This document shows positions 47,529-56,712 of a stretch of DNA of 64,000 bases, piece after piece; positions within the stretch are counted from its first letter, which is position 1, and each line of letters starts with the position of its first letter. The stretch lies in IMG/VR virus record IMGVR_UViG_3300028802_000001, positions 833-64,832 of that record. One strand, written 5' to 3'. The stretch is from a virus (taxonomy: Duplodnaviria; Caudoviricetes). The notes beneath the pieces were generated by a model. It had not been told where the DNA came from. It ran no database searches and worked only from the letters and a program-made list of their open reading frames with translations. A program made the translations under genes and the position numbers.

Positions 47529-49949
47529 ATGAAGCGATATGTCTTAGCGGCGATTGCTGGAGTGGCTCTTTCGGGTCCTGCCTGGGGTCAGTCGTCTCCG
47601 GGGTGGGTTACGGGTCAGGTGCCCACGGCGGCGCAATGGAACAATGCGTTTGCCGGGAAGGCGGATTATCCTGTAACAGGAACAGGATGTCCTACGTGTG
47701 TGATAGGACCGGCTAGCGCAACTGATAATGCGGTTGCCTTATTCAATGGGGTTACTGGGAAGCTGCTAAAAAATAGCAGTAGTTTGTTGCCTATTCGCAA
47801 ATCTCTACAGGATTTTGGTGCTTGTTCTTCTTATTCTACTTGTGGCGGCCAAGATGATACAGTGGCAATTCAGGCAGCGTGGACTTGGGCAGCGACTGGA
47901 GTTGGCGGCCTCGATATCATCGACATCGGGGGCTGCTATGCAGTCACTGGTAATATCACGGCACTGAACGTGGCTGGACCATTTACAGCCAGGGGAATCG
48001 GCCAGCCGTGTATTGCAGACAGCGGTACAGGAGCCGCAACGCTTAGCGTTGGAACTTTGACACAGGTCGTTAGCGGTGCTGTCAACAACGGCTCTGGGCT
48101 AATCCGGCTAACTGTCGGATCGACTGCCAACTACACCACAGGCCAGACTAAATTAGTCGGCTCCGTTGGCGGGACGACAGAAGCCAACGCTACATGGACG
48201 GTCACCGTTGTCGATGCCACGCATATAGACTTGCAGGGATCGACGTTTACGAATGCTTACACTAGTGGCGGCGTCGTTGTCACGCCCAGCACAGCCAATG
48301 TTATTATTGAAAATGTCCGGCTCAGCACCTCCACACAGACTAACGGGCTGAGAATTAATGGAATGGGTTACGGTGTTGTTAGTAACATGGATATCTCGGG
48401 GTATTCTGGCATTGGCATCTACGCAGATGCTACGTACACAATGAAATTTGAAAAGCCTCGTTTGCTCTCGAACGGCACCGGAATTAAGTTTCTCAATGGG
48501 GGAGCAAATAGCGCATCGGTAGAGAATGGTGTGATAAATGGGCATACGAATTGCGGTGTTGAATACGACGCAACGGACCATTTCCGGCCAAGCATTCTTT
48601 GGTCAAATCTTGAAAGCAACTTAAGAGCCATCTGTATCGGAGGGGCAAACCCGGTAATCTCAGGAAACGAATTTGAGGGAAATACGACTGATATTTACGC
48701 ACCGACGAACGGTGGAGTACATCGCAGGGGAATAGTCATTAGTGGAAACGGTGCCATCAGCACCACTTTCATCACTGCTACAGAAATCGATGGATTTATG
48801 TTTGTCGGAAATCGCATACAGCATGGTGCTGGTGGCTCGACTGGCACGCTGACAACGATCACGGCAATGTTTTTCTGCTCCAACGACATAACGGGAGGCA
48901 GTACGATTACCGCCCCTTGGGGGCGTGCTCTTGGCTCTGGCGACTGTGCCAACAACACAAATTCTCAGCGATTTGTCGGATACTTAGAAGGATTTGATGG
49001 TTCAGACAATGCGAAGTTCCAATTCACCAATGACGGAGGCGGTAGCTATATCAACAGTCCCTTTGTCGTAGGAGCAACTGATGGCTCTGGTGTAGGCACC
49101 CTTGACGTTCGTGGGGCAGGCAAATTTACCGGTCAGATAACCTCTACTGTATCCACAGGCACGGCACCATTTGTTATTGCGTCAACTACAGCAGTTGCTA
49201 ACCTTCACGCTGCATCAGCAGATGCAGTCGCTGTCGGTGGCATCACCGGATTAGGAACTGGCGTGGCAACAGCCCTTGGTATTAATACCGGCTCCGCGGG
49301 GTCGTTTGTTGTGAATGGTGGAGCGGGAATTTTCACGACTGTAGCCGTTAATGCCACTATAGGGGCGAACCAAACCTCAACAGGCGTTGTTGATTTTCGA
49401 ATTGGCGCTGTTCGACTAATGTCTTGGGGTGCGGCTGCAACTCAGGGTCAGATTGAGTTCTGGCAAGGCCAGGGTGCAAGTGCAGTCGCAAAAACCATGT
49501 GGTTGGACACGACAAATAGCCTTAACCTTGATGCTAAGATTTTTGCTCCAAATCTTGCTACTACTTCAGCAGCACTTGCCGCTGCATTGTGTTGGACGGC
49601 GACAACTGGTGAATTTCAACGTGACACTAATGCAGGCGGATGCCTAGTGTCTGCGGCCAAATTTAAGCAGAATGTTGAGCCTCTGCGCGATTCATTAGAT
49701 ACCGTGATGTCGCTTAAGCCAGTGTCCTTCGACTATAAGCCAGAGGTTGGTATAAATGGCAGGCAGATAGGCTTCATTGCAGATCAAGCTGCTAAAGTAG
49801 ACGAACGCCTGATTGGTCGCGATGATGAAGGAAATGTGCATAGCTTCAAATATATGCAGTATGTTGCTCATTTAACTGGAGCTATTCAGCAGCTTAAAGC
49901 AGATAATGATAATTTAAGACAGCGAATTGAACTATTGGAGCGGAAATGA
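47529..49949 (+). CDS. Tailspike/fibre: signal peptide, beta-helix and S74-like intramolecular chaperone
   Basis: MKRYVLAAIAGVALSGPAWG|Q; DFGA...DDT.AIQAA; S..FK.NV.PL...LKPV.F.YK...GFIA; coiled-coil end; 12 Cys. Confidence 0.8.
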   Translation: MKRYVLAAIAGVALSGPAWGQSSPGWVTGQVPTAAQWNNAFAGKADYPVTGTGCPTCVIGPASATDNAVALFNGVTGKLLKNSSSLLPIRKSLQDFGACSSYSTCGGQDDTVAIQAAWTWAATGVGGLDIIDIGGCYAVTGNITALNVAGPFTARGIGQPCIADSGTGAATLSVGTLTQVVSGAVNNGSGLIRLTVGSTANYTTGQTKLVGSVGGTTEANATWTVTVVDATHIDLQGSTFTNAYTSGGVVVTPSTANVIIENVRLSTSTQTNGLRINGMGYGVVSNMDISGYSGIGIYADATYTMKFEKPRLLSNGTGIKFLNGGANSASVENGVINGHTNCGVEYDATDHFRPSILWSNLESNLRAICIGGANPVISGNEFEGNTTDIYAPTNGGVHRRGIVISGNGAISTTFITATEIDGFMFVGNRIQHGAGGSTGTLTTITAMFFCSNDITGGSTITAPWGRALGSGDCANNTNSQRFVGYLEGFDGSDNAKFQFTNDGGGSYINSPFVVGATDGSGVGTLDVRGAGKFTGQITSTVSTGTAPFVIASTTAVANLHAASADAVAVGGITGLGTGVATALGINTGSAGSFVVNGGAGIFTTVAVNATIGANQTSTGVVDFRIGAVRLMSWGAAATQGQIEFWQGQGASAVAKTMWLDTTNSLNLDAKIFAPNLATTSAALAAALCWTATTGEFQRDTNAGGCLVSAAKFKQNVEPLRDSLDTVMSLKPVSFDYKPEVGINGRQIGFIADQAAKVDERLIGRDDEGNVHSFKYMQYVAHLTGAIQQLKADNDNLRQRIELLERK

Positions 49950-49984
49950 ACGCTAACAAGCCATGGTGGGTTCCGGGTCCATAA

Positions 49985-50053
49985 ATGCCCCGTGTCCCAC
50001 TCACAGGCCGCGCCTACCAAGAGCGTTCCGTCATCGCTGGAGGGAGTTGTTAA
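49985..50053 (+). pseudogene. 22-codon remnant resembling the N-terminus of P22 gp10-like tail proteins
   Basis: MPRVPLTGRAYQERSVIA; resemblance from memory only. Confidence 0.35.
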
Positions 50054-50307
50054 TGCCTCGGTGGTTGTGGTTTATTCCAACACTAATCGGGTTACAAATT
50101 GTTGGTACATTGGCAATTGCCCAACAACAGCAACCTGATCCGGCGTTTTTGTTGCAGGCAATGCAGGTAGTGCAGGGCCAGCGCAATAGCGCGCTCGATG
50201 GAATGGCGGTCTGTCAGGCGCAGGGCGCCATGATGACGGAGGAGCTAAAGAAGGCGAAGGAGCGAATTGCCATGCTTGAGAAGGCTGCGGAGGATAAGAA
50301 GCCATGA
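50053..50307 (+). CDS. Small signal-peptide coiled-coil protein (putative fibre chaperone)
   Basis: Hydrophobic N-terminus ending AIA|QQQQ; QRNSALD; LKKAKERIAMLE. Confidence 0.6.
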   Translation: MPRWLWFIPTLIGLQIVGTLAIAQQQQPDPAFLLQAMQVVQGQRNSALDGMAVCQAQGAMMTEELKKAKERIAMLEKAAEDKKP

Positions 50308-50528
50308 CCCGCCTTCCCTTCGCCATCGAGGATTTGTCGGCTGAAATCCGCAAGGTCTGCGGCGAAGGGGCGGAGATCGCGATATCGTTGAATGAGCCTG
50401 ATTGGGACAAGGTGATATCCGAGCTACGCAATCACGGGGATTTCTGGAAAATCGGGGATGCCGACGCCCATTTCAAGGGGATAACGCTGGTCAAGCTTGA
50501 GGGCGAAGATGTCCGCCCTGCTGCCTGA
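50304..50528 (+). CDS. Hypothetical protein
   Basis: ATGA coupling. Confidence 0.45.
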   Translation: MTRLPFAIEDLSAEIRKVCGEGAEIAISLNEPDWDKVISELRNHGDFWKIGDADAHFKGITLVKLEGEDVRPAA

Positions 50529-52074
50529 TTTCTCCGGTTTGACCAAGGCCAAGACCAGCCCGGAATACCAACGGTTGCGGGAATTGCTGAGAGACCGGGA
50601 ACAACGGCTCGACAAGCTCTACTGGATCAAGGACGCAAACGGCAATCCGGTCAAATTTGTCCGAAACGCCGCCCAGCGTGCTTACTATGGACAACGCCAC
50701 CATCGCGATCTCATTGCCAAATCCCGTCAATTGGGGTTCTCGACGCTGATCGAGATTCTGATGCTCGATACGTGCCTATTCACGATGAACACGCGCGCCG
50801 GGATTGTAGACAACACGTTGGATGACGCCGCGAAGAAACTCGATATCATCAAATTTGCCTATGACCGACTGCCGTCCCAACTGCGCACTGCGTTGCCGCT
50901 GATCAAGCGCAACACCGAAAGCATGGAGTTCTTTAACGGGTCCACCATCGAGATTGGCACCTCGGCCCGCGGCGGGACGTTCCAGTTCCTGCACATCTCG
51001 GAATTCGGCAAGACATCCGTAGATAGCCCTGATGTTGCTAGGGAAATCAAGATTGGTGCCATTCCTGCGGTTCATGCCGGGAACGTCTTGGCAATCGAGA
51101 GCACGGCGCACGGGACATCGGGTGAATTCCACGACATGGTGCAGCGTGCGGCGGCCCAGCAGAAGGAAGGGCGGGCGCTCACGGATCTGGACTTTAAGCT
51201 GCATTTTTATGGATGGTGGGTGAAGCCGGAATATCGGCTGCCCAACCACTTGGTGCATATCACGCAGGAACTGAAGGAGTATTTTGCATCATTGGCCCCA
51301 GCACTCTTGGCACAAGGCGTGCGGCTCGATGCCAATCAGCAGGCATGGTACGCGCAGCAATACTACGACCTGGGGCCGGATGACTGCCGGCAGGAATATC
51401 CGAGCACGTTCACGGAGTGCTTCTACAACTCGCTGGCCGGGGCGTATTTCAAGGCGGAGATGTCGCGGGCTCGCGCCGATGGGCGGATCGGGCAGATTGT
51501 CCCCCATGATCCTACGAGGCGCGTAAACACGTTCTGGGACATCGGGGAGGATGGAACGGCCATCCTGTTTCACCAGACCGATGGCTTGCGGCATCGGTTC
51601 ATCGACTATTACGAGGAAGAGGGCGGGTCGCTACAGTCGGCTGCCGCTATTCTGGACGCGAAGCGGATCGAGCGCAAGTTCATGTACGACAAGCACTACG
51701 GCCCGCATGACCTCGCCAACAAGGACTGGGCGCACGAGGCGCAATCTAGGAAGCAGGTCGCTGAGGGGTTGGGGATCAAGTTCACGGTCGTCCCGCGGGT
51801 GTTGGTGAAGGCGGACTCGATTGAGGCGGCTCGGCGGATGATTACCATGGCATGGTTCGACGTGACACACTGCTCGCTCTTGGTCGAGCGCCTTGATAAC
51901 TACCGCAAGAAGTGGAACAAATCGCTGGGGCAGTTCTCGGCGGAGCCAGAACACAAGCGACCTAGTCATCCCGCCGACGCCCTCCAGCAGGGTGCCATGG
52001 GCTTGGCTCCAGAGCGCATCCCGCGCGAGGCCAGGGCGCGACCGGAGAGGAAAACGTCGTCATGGGGAGCGTAG
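50509..52074 (+). CDS. terL: Terminase large subunit
   Basis: KSRQLGFST Walker A, LHISE Walker B, ESTAHG, WDIG nuclease Asp, GPHD, SHPADA. Confidence 0.93.
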   Translation: MSALLPDFSGLTKAKTSPEYQRLRELLRDREQRLDKLYWIKDANGNPVKFVRNAAQRAYYGQRHHRDLIAKSRQLGFSTLIEILMLDTCLFTMNTRAGIVDNTLDDAAKKLDIIKFAYDRLPSQLRTALPLIKRNTESMEFFNGSTIEIGTSARGGTFQFLHISEFGKTSVDSPDVAREIKIGAIPAVHAGNVLAIESTAHGTSGEFHDMVQRAAAQQKEGRALTDLDFKLHFYGWWVKPEYRLPNHLVHITQELKEYFASLAPALLAQGVRLDANQQAWYAQQYYDLGPDDCRQEYPSTFTECFYNSLAGAYFKAEMSRARADGRIGQIVPHDPTRRVNTFWDIGEDGTAILFHQTDGLRHRFIDYYEEEGGSLQSAAAILDAKRIERKFMYDKHYGPHDLANKDWAHEAQSRKQVAEGLGIKFTVVPRVLVKADSIEAARRMITMAWFDVTHCSLLVERLDNYRKKWNKSLGQFSAEPEHKRPSHPADALQQGAMGLAPERIPREARARPERKTSSWGA

Positions 52075-52271
52075 AAAGACGTTCTGGTGCGGAATTGGCG
52101 CCATTATTTTTCCCGTTCGATCCCCATTTGATGGACGGTGAATGGGAGCGGTGCTCAACTGATTGGGTTGCCAATGGCGGAATATCTAGTTCTGAAATCC
52201 TGACGGATGCCGACAACAAAATAATCAAGGTGAAACGTGGTGCTGTATCGTTTTGTAAGGTTGTCGAATGA
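52062..52271 (+). CDS. Hypothetical protein
   Basis: Coupled ORF. Confidence 0.35.
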   Translation: MGSVERRSGAELAPLFFPFDPHLMDGEWERCSTDWVANGGISSSEILTDADNKIIKVKRGAVSFCKVVE

Positions 52272-52510
52272 AGCTTGACCGTGACGAGCTTGCCCTTCGG
52301 ATGCTGGAGGCCGCGATAGGCTTCCGGCGCCCTCCGAATCTGACGGCTGCCCAGGCCATGATGCACGGCCCTAAGGTGCTACGGGAAGCCTACCAGCGGG
52401 CCGCAGGGGCCGCGTGTGCGTATTTTGTCGAGTGCGCTGGTCCGATCACGATTTTGGGCAATCCGATCCCTCCGCCATCGGATCGCGAGTCGATTGGAGA
52501 AAATCCATGA
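52268..52510 (+). CDS. Hypothetical protein
   Basis: ATGA coupling. Confidence 0.45.
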   Translation: MKLDRDELALRMLEAAIGFRRPPNLTAAQAMMHGPKVLREAYQRAAGAACAYFVECAGPITILGNPIPPPSDRESIGENP

Positions 52511-52740
52511 GCGTTGCCGGTCTGCGGGATGCCTTCAATTCGGTCTCCGCTCCGCAATACAATTGCCAGAAGGCATTCATGGCTACGGAGCGGTCTGATG
52601 GGAAAGAATGGTCACGGCTCATATTCCGTGGTACACGGGCAGACGGGACGCCGTTCGAAACTGCTTCCGACCTCGTTCCAGGGAATTCCGACGTGATGCT
52701 GGCCGCCAAGCAGACGGCGCAGAAGTTGATCGGGCCATAG
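52507..52740 (+). CDS. Hypothetical protein
   Basis: GGAGA RBS, ATGA coupling. Confidence 0.5.
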   Translation: MSVAGLRDAFNSVSAPQYNCQKAFMATERSDGKEWSRLIFRGTRADGTPFETASDLVPGNSDVMLAAKQTAQKLIGP

Positions 52741-52752
52741 GAAGATAGCAAC

Positions 52753-53010
52753 GTGTGGATTGTGGGGGCTGTAATTGGTTTCATTTTGCTTCCGAGCGTG
52801 CTCCTGGCGCGTGATTTGCTGGTCCCAGAATTTCAGCAGCAGGCTCTTCTCGTGATCTGCGAGAAGGCGGCTCGATCTCCAGCGGCTACAATTGATGAAG
52901 TCGCCAACATAGCGCAGTTTTGCATCAATTTCCGGAAGTCAATTATGCAGAACAATGCGGTCCCCGATCACCCCAGCCAGACTGATCCAGGGCAACAGCC
53001 AAGGAACTAG
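52753..53010 (+). CDS. Small signal-peptide protein with one Cys pair
   Basis: Hydrophobic N-terminus ending VLLA|RD. Confidence 0.5.
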   Translation: MWIVGAVIGFILLPSVLLARDLLVPEFQQQALLVICEKAARSPAATIDEVANIAQFCINFRKSIMQNNAVPDHPSQTDPGQQPRN

Positions 53011-53014
53011 AGAA

Positions 53015-54091
53015 ATGTCAATATATACGCGCATTTTGGCTCTGTCCTGCTTGGCGTTGTTGTCACTATGTGGGAGAGCATCTGCGCAAGGGACCATTGT
53101 GGTTGCCAGTTGCGGAGATTCATTGGCCTACATCGTAGGACAGGCCAACCGCAATGTTGCTATCGACATAAACGGGATTCAATGCACTGCGGCATCTGTC
53201 TCGGCTTCGATCACCGGATTTCCAGGCACCCAGACCACGGGAACGCCGATTTCCGTCACGACCGGAGGCGTAACCGGTACGCTGCCATCTGGCACCGAAG
53301 TGGTTGCAACGAACGTCGGCACCACAAATGCCGCCTACTGCAAACTTGGAGCGTCTGCCACCACGAGCGACCAATACATCTCCCCCAACGGAGGTTGGTT
53401 TGCCTTCACGGTCGGCGCCGCGACACAACTGACCTGCATCACGAGTACCAGCACCACGACCGTCAACATGGTCGGTGGCTCGGGCCTGCCGACTGGCACG
53501 GGCGGTGGGGGTGGCGGTAGCGGTAGCGGTAGCTCTTCAATCACCTCCTGGGGCGGCGGTGTGCTTGGTGCGATGGCGAATTACGGAACATCCCCCGGTG
53601 CCGTTCTAGTTCCAGGGGTGAATGCGTTTGTCACCAACGTGAACACCAACGGTCAGGCAACGATGGTCAATTCGTCGCCAGTAGTCATAGCAAGCAACCA
53701 AAGTGCTGTGCCTGTGTCTCTTGCTGCGGTCGCCACCGGGGGATCGTCAACGACTGGCAACATCGCAGCCAACAATACGACAGCCGTGGTTGTGAAAGCC
53801 AGTGCGGGAACACTTTATGGAGTTCAGGTGTATGGCATTGGATCAGCGCCAGCTTACCTTAAAATCTACAATGCCACTAGCGCCACCTGCGGCTCTGGCA
53901 CTCCCGTCAAACGGCTGATGATCCCATCTGCGGCTACTGCTGCAAATGGCGCTGGGAGTAACATTACATTCGGTACCTCTGGTGTCGCCTTTGGAACAGG
54001 CATTACCTACTGCATAACCACAGGCATTGCCGACAATGACACAACTGCACCAGCCGCAGCGACCTTTCTTGTCAACGTGGATTGGCTGTGA
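53015..54091 (+). CDS. Signal-peptide, two-domain beta (decoration/spike-base-like) protein
   Basis: ...GRASA|QG; Gly linker; C-terminal KASAGT...YLKIYNA...F.TGI.YC...ADNDTT; 6 Cys in mature part. Confidence 0.65.
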   Translation: MSIYTRILALSCLALLSLCGRASAQGTIVVASCGDSLAYIVGQANRNVAIDINGIQCTAASVSASITGFPGTQTTGTPISVTTGGVTGTLPSGTEVVATNVGTTNAAYCKLGASATTSDQYISPNGGWFAFTVGAATQLTCITSTSTTTVNMVGGSGLPTGTGGGGGGSGSGSSSITSWGGGVLGAMANYGTSPGAVLVPGVNAFVTNVNTNGQATMVNSSPVVIASNQSAVPVSLAAVATGGSSTTGNIAANNTTAVVVKASAGTLYGVQVYGIGSAPAYLKIYNATSATCGSGTPVKRLMIPSAATAANGAGSNITFGTSGVAFGTGITYCITTGIADNDTTAPAAATFLVNVDWL

Positions 54092-54252
54092 TGAAAATTG
54101 TATTCTATATTCTTTGCATTGGGCTTGCGCTCGTGTCGTCAGCGTTGGCGCAACTTGGGGTGTTCCAACTTAGCAGGCCAGTCCCCAGTGTTTGTGGCAA
54201 TACCTTGGACTTCACTTCTAGCTGCAACAGCCAATACATAACGGTGATCTAA
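54091..54252 (+). CDS. 53-aa secreted peptide with one Cys pair (not in ORF track)
   Basis: MKIVFYILCIGLALVSSALA|QLGVFQLSRPVPSVCGNTLDFTSSCNSQYITVI; TGATG coupling. Confidence 0.6.
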   Translation: MKIVFYILCIGLALVSSALAQLGVFQLSRPVPSVCGNTLDFTSSCNSQYITVI

Positions 54253-54253
54253 A

Positions 54254-55168
54254 ATGAGAAAATCCCTGTTCTTTCTATTAGCTATGACAGCTTCAGCTTT
54301 GGCAGCTGACAATACGGTCGTGCTCACTCCTGGCACTGGAGTGACGATGCGGACGCAGGATGTTGGCAGCGGTGTTCAGTCTCCGTACAATATCCTCGGC
54401 AATACTTCTGGAACGACAATCTACGGCACGGCTGGGACAGCTAATTCTGCTGTACTGAGTGTGCAAGGCATTGCATCAGGAACCAACTTGCCAGTTAGCG
54501 GGGCGTCTGGAGCTTTTGCGTCCGGCTCATTCGCAAGTGGCTCCCACGCTTCGGGATCGTTTGCGTCGGGGGCTTTCGCAAGTGGTAGCGTGGCAAGCGG
54601 AGCCTTGGCTTCTGGCTCCATTGCATCTGGTGCAATGGTCGATCTCGGGGCCATCGCAGATGCGGCTGCTACGGCAGGCAGTACAGGCACGGTCAACGCC
54701 AAGCTCCGATTGATGACAACACAGCTTGATACACTCAACACCAACGTCTCGTCAGCTATTCCTGCCGGGACGAATCTTATCGGCCAAGTTCGTTCGGTAA
54801 CAGGAGCTACCGGCGGTGGTACACTCACCAGTGCTATTGCCCCAGCAACGCCAGCAGGTGTCAATCTGAAGGCCAGTGCTGGAACAGTGTTCAAGGTCTT
54901 CGCAACGACAATTCAGTCAACGCCAGTCTACGTCAAACTCTATAATGCCTCGTCTGCACCTACTTGCGGATCAGGAACGCCTGTAGCGCGTTTCATGGTG
55001 CCATCGGCTGCTACTGCTGCAAACGGTGCTGGAACCAACATTGATCTCGGTGACATCGGTGCGGCATTTGGTACCGGCATTGGCTACTGCGTCACTGGCG
55101 CTCTTGCCGATAACGACACGACCGCAATCACAACTGCTAATACTCTCGTCAACATCGTGTGGAATTGA
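54254..55168 (+). CDS. Signal-peptide beta protein with pentapeptide repeats; C-domain paralogous to 53015
   Basis: MRKSLFFLLAMTASALA|AD; (G-x-x-A-S)n; TCGSGTPV...PSAATAANGAG. Confidence 0.65.
   Translation: MRKSLFFLLAMTASALAADNTVVLTPGTGVTMRTQDVGSGVQSPYNILGNTSGTTIYGTAGTANSAVLSVQGIASGTNLPVSGASGAFASGSFASGSHASGSFASGAFASGSVASGALASGSIASGAMVDLGAIADAAATAGSTGTVNAKLRLMTTQLDTLNTNVSSAIPAGTNLIGQVRSVTGATGGGTLTSAIAPATPAGVNLKASAGTVFKVFATTIQSTPVYVKLYNASSAPTCGSGTPVARFMVPSAATAANGAGTNIDLGDIGAAFGTGIGYCVTGALADNDTTAITTANTLVNIVWN
54503..54637 (+). repeat. About 8-9 tandem 15-nt codon-degenerate repeats encoding A-S-G-[SA]-[FHVLI]
   Basis: ASGAFASGSFASGSHASGSFASGAFASGSVASGALASGSIASGAM. Confidence 0.8.
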
Positions 55169-55171
55169 CCA

Positions 55172-55888
55172 ATGATCCGCATCGCATGGTCGATCAGTCT
55201 TTGTTTGTTTGTTGTCGGATTGCTTTGTTTGAACCCGCCATCGCGTGCTCAACTGACAGTGATGGGTGTTGGTGGTGGATTTGGTGGTGCCGCTGCGGCT
55301 GGTGGCAGCGCCTGGGGCGACAAAGGCACGAATGTCACGCTAAGCACAACGACAATTGCCAACGATACTGCCGCTAATTCGTCGGGAGTTAGTGCTTTCA
55401 GTTCGGTACGTGGAACACAGGCATATTCAAGCGGGAAGCATTATTTCGAAGTCAAAATGATAACTGCGCCTGGGTCTCCACTATTTATCATTGGAATAAT
55501 GGACAACACGACGGCGACTGGCGCCGCCATGGATGATACTCCAAATAACATCCCTAATGCCTGTGGCAATTCCATGTTCAATGGCAACACGTTTTCCGTT
55601 AATTGGAATGGTGTAAATTCCGGGTCTTGGTCACTTGTTGATGGCGATTACATGGGCGTTGCTGTTGATTCGGATAACGCGTTTTCTTACTTGGCTCTGA
55701 ATAATGTTTATTTTCTCAGTGGCGATCCAACTTCTGGTGCTATGGGAACAGGCTCTGTTTGCAGTAGCGTAGGCGCGGGAGCGCGCCCGATGATATCAAT
55801 ATTCAATGTTGCAGGCTCGTTTCAACTGAGAACGACTTCTTCGGCATTTCAAGGGACTTTGCCTACTGGATATTCGGCGTGGAACTAG
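55172..55888 (+). CDS. Signal-peptide SPRY/ConA-like lectin-fold protein
   Basis: ...PPSRA|QL; SVRGT...SSGKHYFEV, GD.MGVAVD, P.GYSAW. Confidence 0.75.
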   Translation: MIRIAWSISLCLFVVGLLCLNPPSRAQLTVMGVGGGFGGAAAAGGSAWGDKGTNVTLSTTTIANDTAANSSGVSAFSSVRGTQAYSSGKHYFEVKMITAPGSPLFIIGIMDNTTATGAAMDDTPNNIPNACGNSMFNGNTFSVNWNGVNSGSWSLVDGDYMGVAVDSDNAFSYLALNNVYFLSGDPTSGAMGTGSVCSSVGAGARPMISIFNVAGSFQLRTTSSAFQGTLPTGYSAWN

Positions 55889-55892
55889 CATC

Positions 55893-56705
55893 ATGATTAG
55901 ACGAGTCCTCGCAATCGTGCTGATCGTCTTATGTGTGTCCTCGCCGACCGGCATTGAGGCGTGGCCGGTGCATGGAAATGCTAACACCGTCATCAGAATT
56001 ATGCCTTTGGGAGATTCTATCACCCAGGGCCTGAACACGTCGTATGGCAGCTATCGCCGCCTACTCTACTCCCTGCTCATTGCAAATGGCGTCAATGTTG
56101 AGTTCGTCGGAGACTTGTCCGATGGGACGTTCCCGAGTCCGATGCACGAAGGACTGACTGGCTACTATATCGACGGCATCCGGGGCCAAGTCACGTTCAA
56201 TTCCATCATCGAGCGCAATAACCCTAGCATCATTCTGCTTCTGATTGGGACCAATGACATTTGGCATGGCCCGACAGATACACCAACAGAGACGCCATCC
56301 GATGCGCTGACTTTGTTAGGCCTGCTGTTGAGCGGAGATATCACGACGCACGGACCAAACGTAAAGGTTATAGTTGCCTCGATCCCTCCCATTGCATCGT
56401 TCGTGGCTGGTCCTACTGTGAGTTCAAATGTCAATGTTTACAACGCCGGTATTCCAGCGGCCGTTGCAGCGGCCGGAGCAAATTTTTCGTTTGTCGATGT
56501 CAACGCCGCCTTGACAACTTCGGACCTCGTTGATGGTGTTCATCCGACAGATGCTGGCAACGACAAGATTGCACCTGTTTGGTTGGCGGGTATCTTAGCG
56601 GTGTTGTTAGGAAATTGTGGGGGCGGTGGTCTTCTTGTCACTTCCAGCACTGATTGTTCCAATGTTTTGCAGTCTGGCGGCGGCGACAACTTAACACCAA
56701 ACTGA
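55893..56705 (+). CDS. Signal-peptide SGNH/GDSL esterase
   Basis: IMPLGDSITQG, HEG..G, LLIGTND, DGVHP. Confidence 0.9.
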   Translation: MIRRVLAIVLIVLCVSSPTGIEAWPVHGNANTVIRIMPLGDSITQGLNTSYGSYRRLLYSLLIANGVNVEFVGDLSDGTFPSPMHEGLTGYYIDGIRGQVTFNSIIERNNPSIILLLIGTNDIWHGPTDTPTETPSDALTLLGLLLSGDITTHGPNVKVIVASIPPIASFVAGPTVSSNVNVYNAGIPAAVAAAGANFSFVDVNAALTTSDLVDGVHPTDAGNDKIAPVWLAGILAVLLGNCGGGGLLVTSSTDCSNVLQSGGGDNLTPN

Positions 56706-56712
56706 GGGCACC

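Noticed and set aside
53015-53090. Lipoprotein signal in 53015 (LSLC)
   Set aside because: Poor lipobox; ASA|Q is a better signal peptidase I site.
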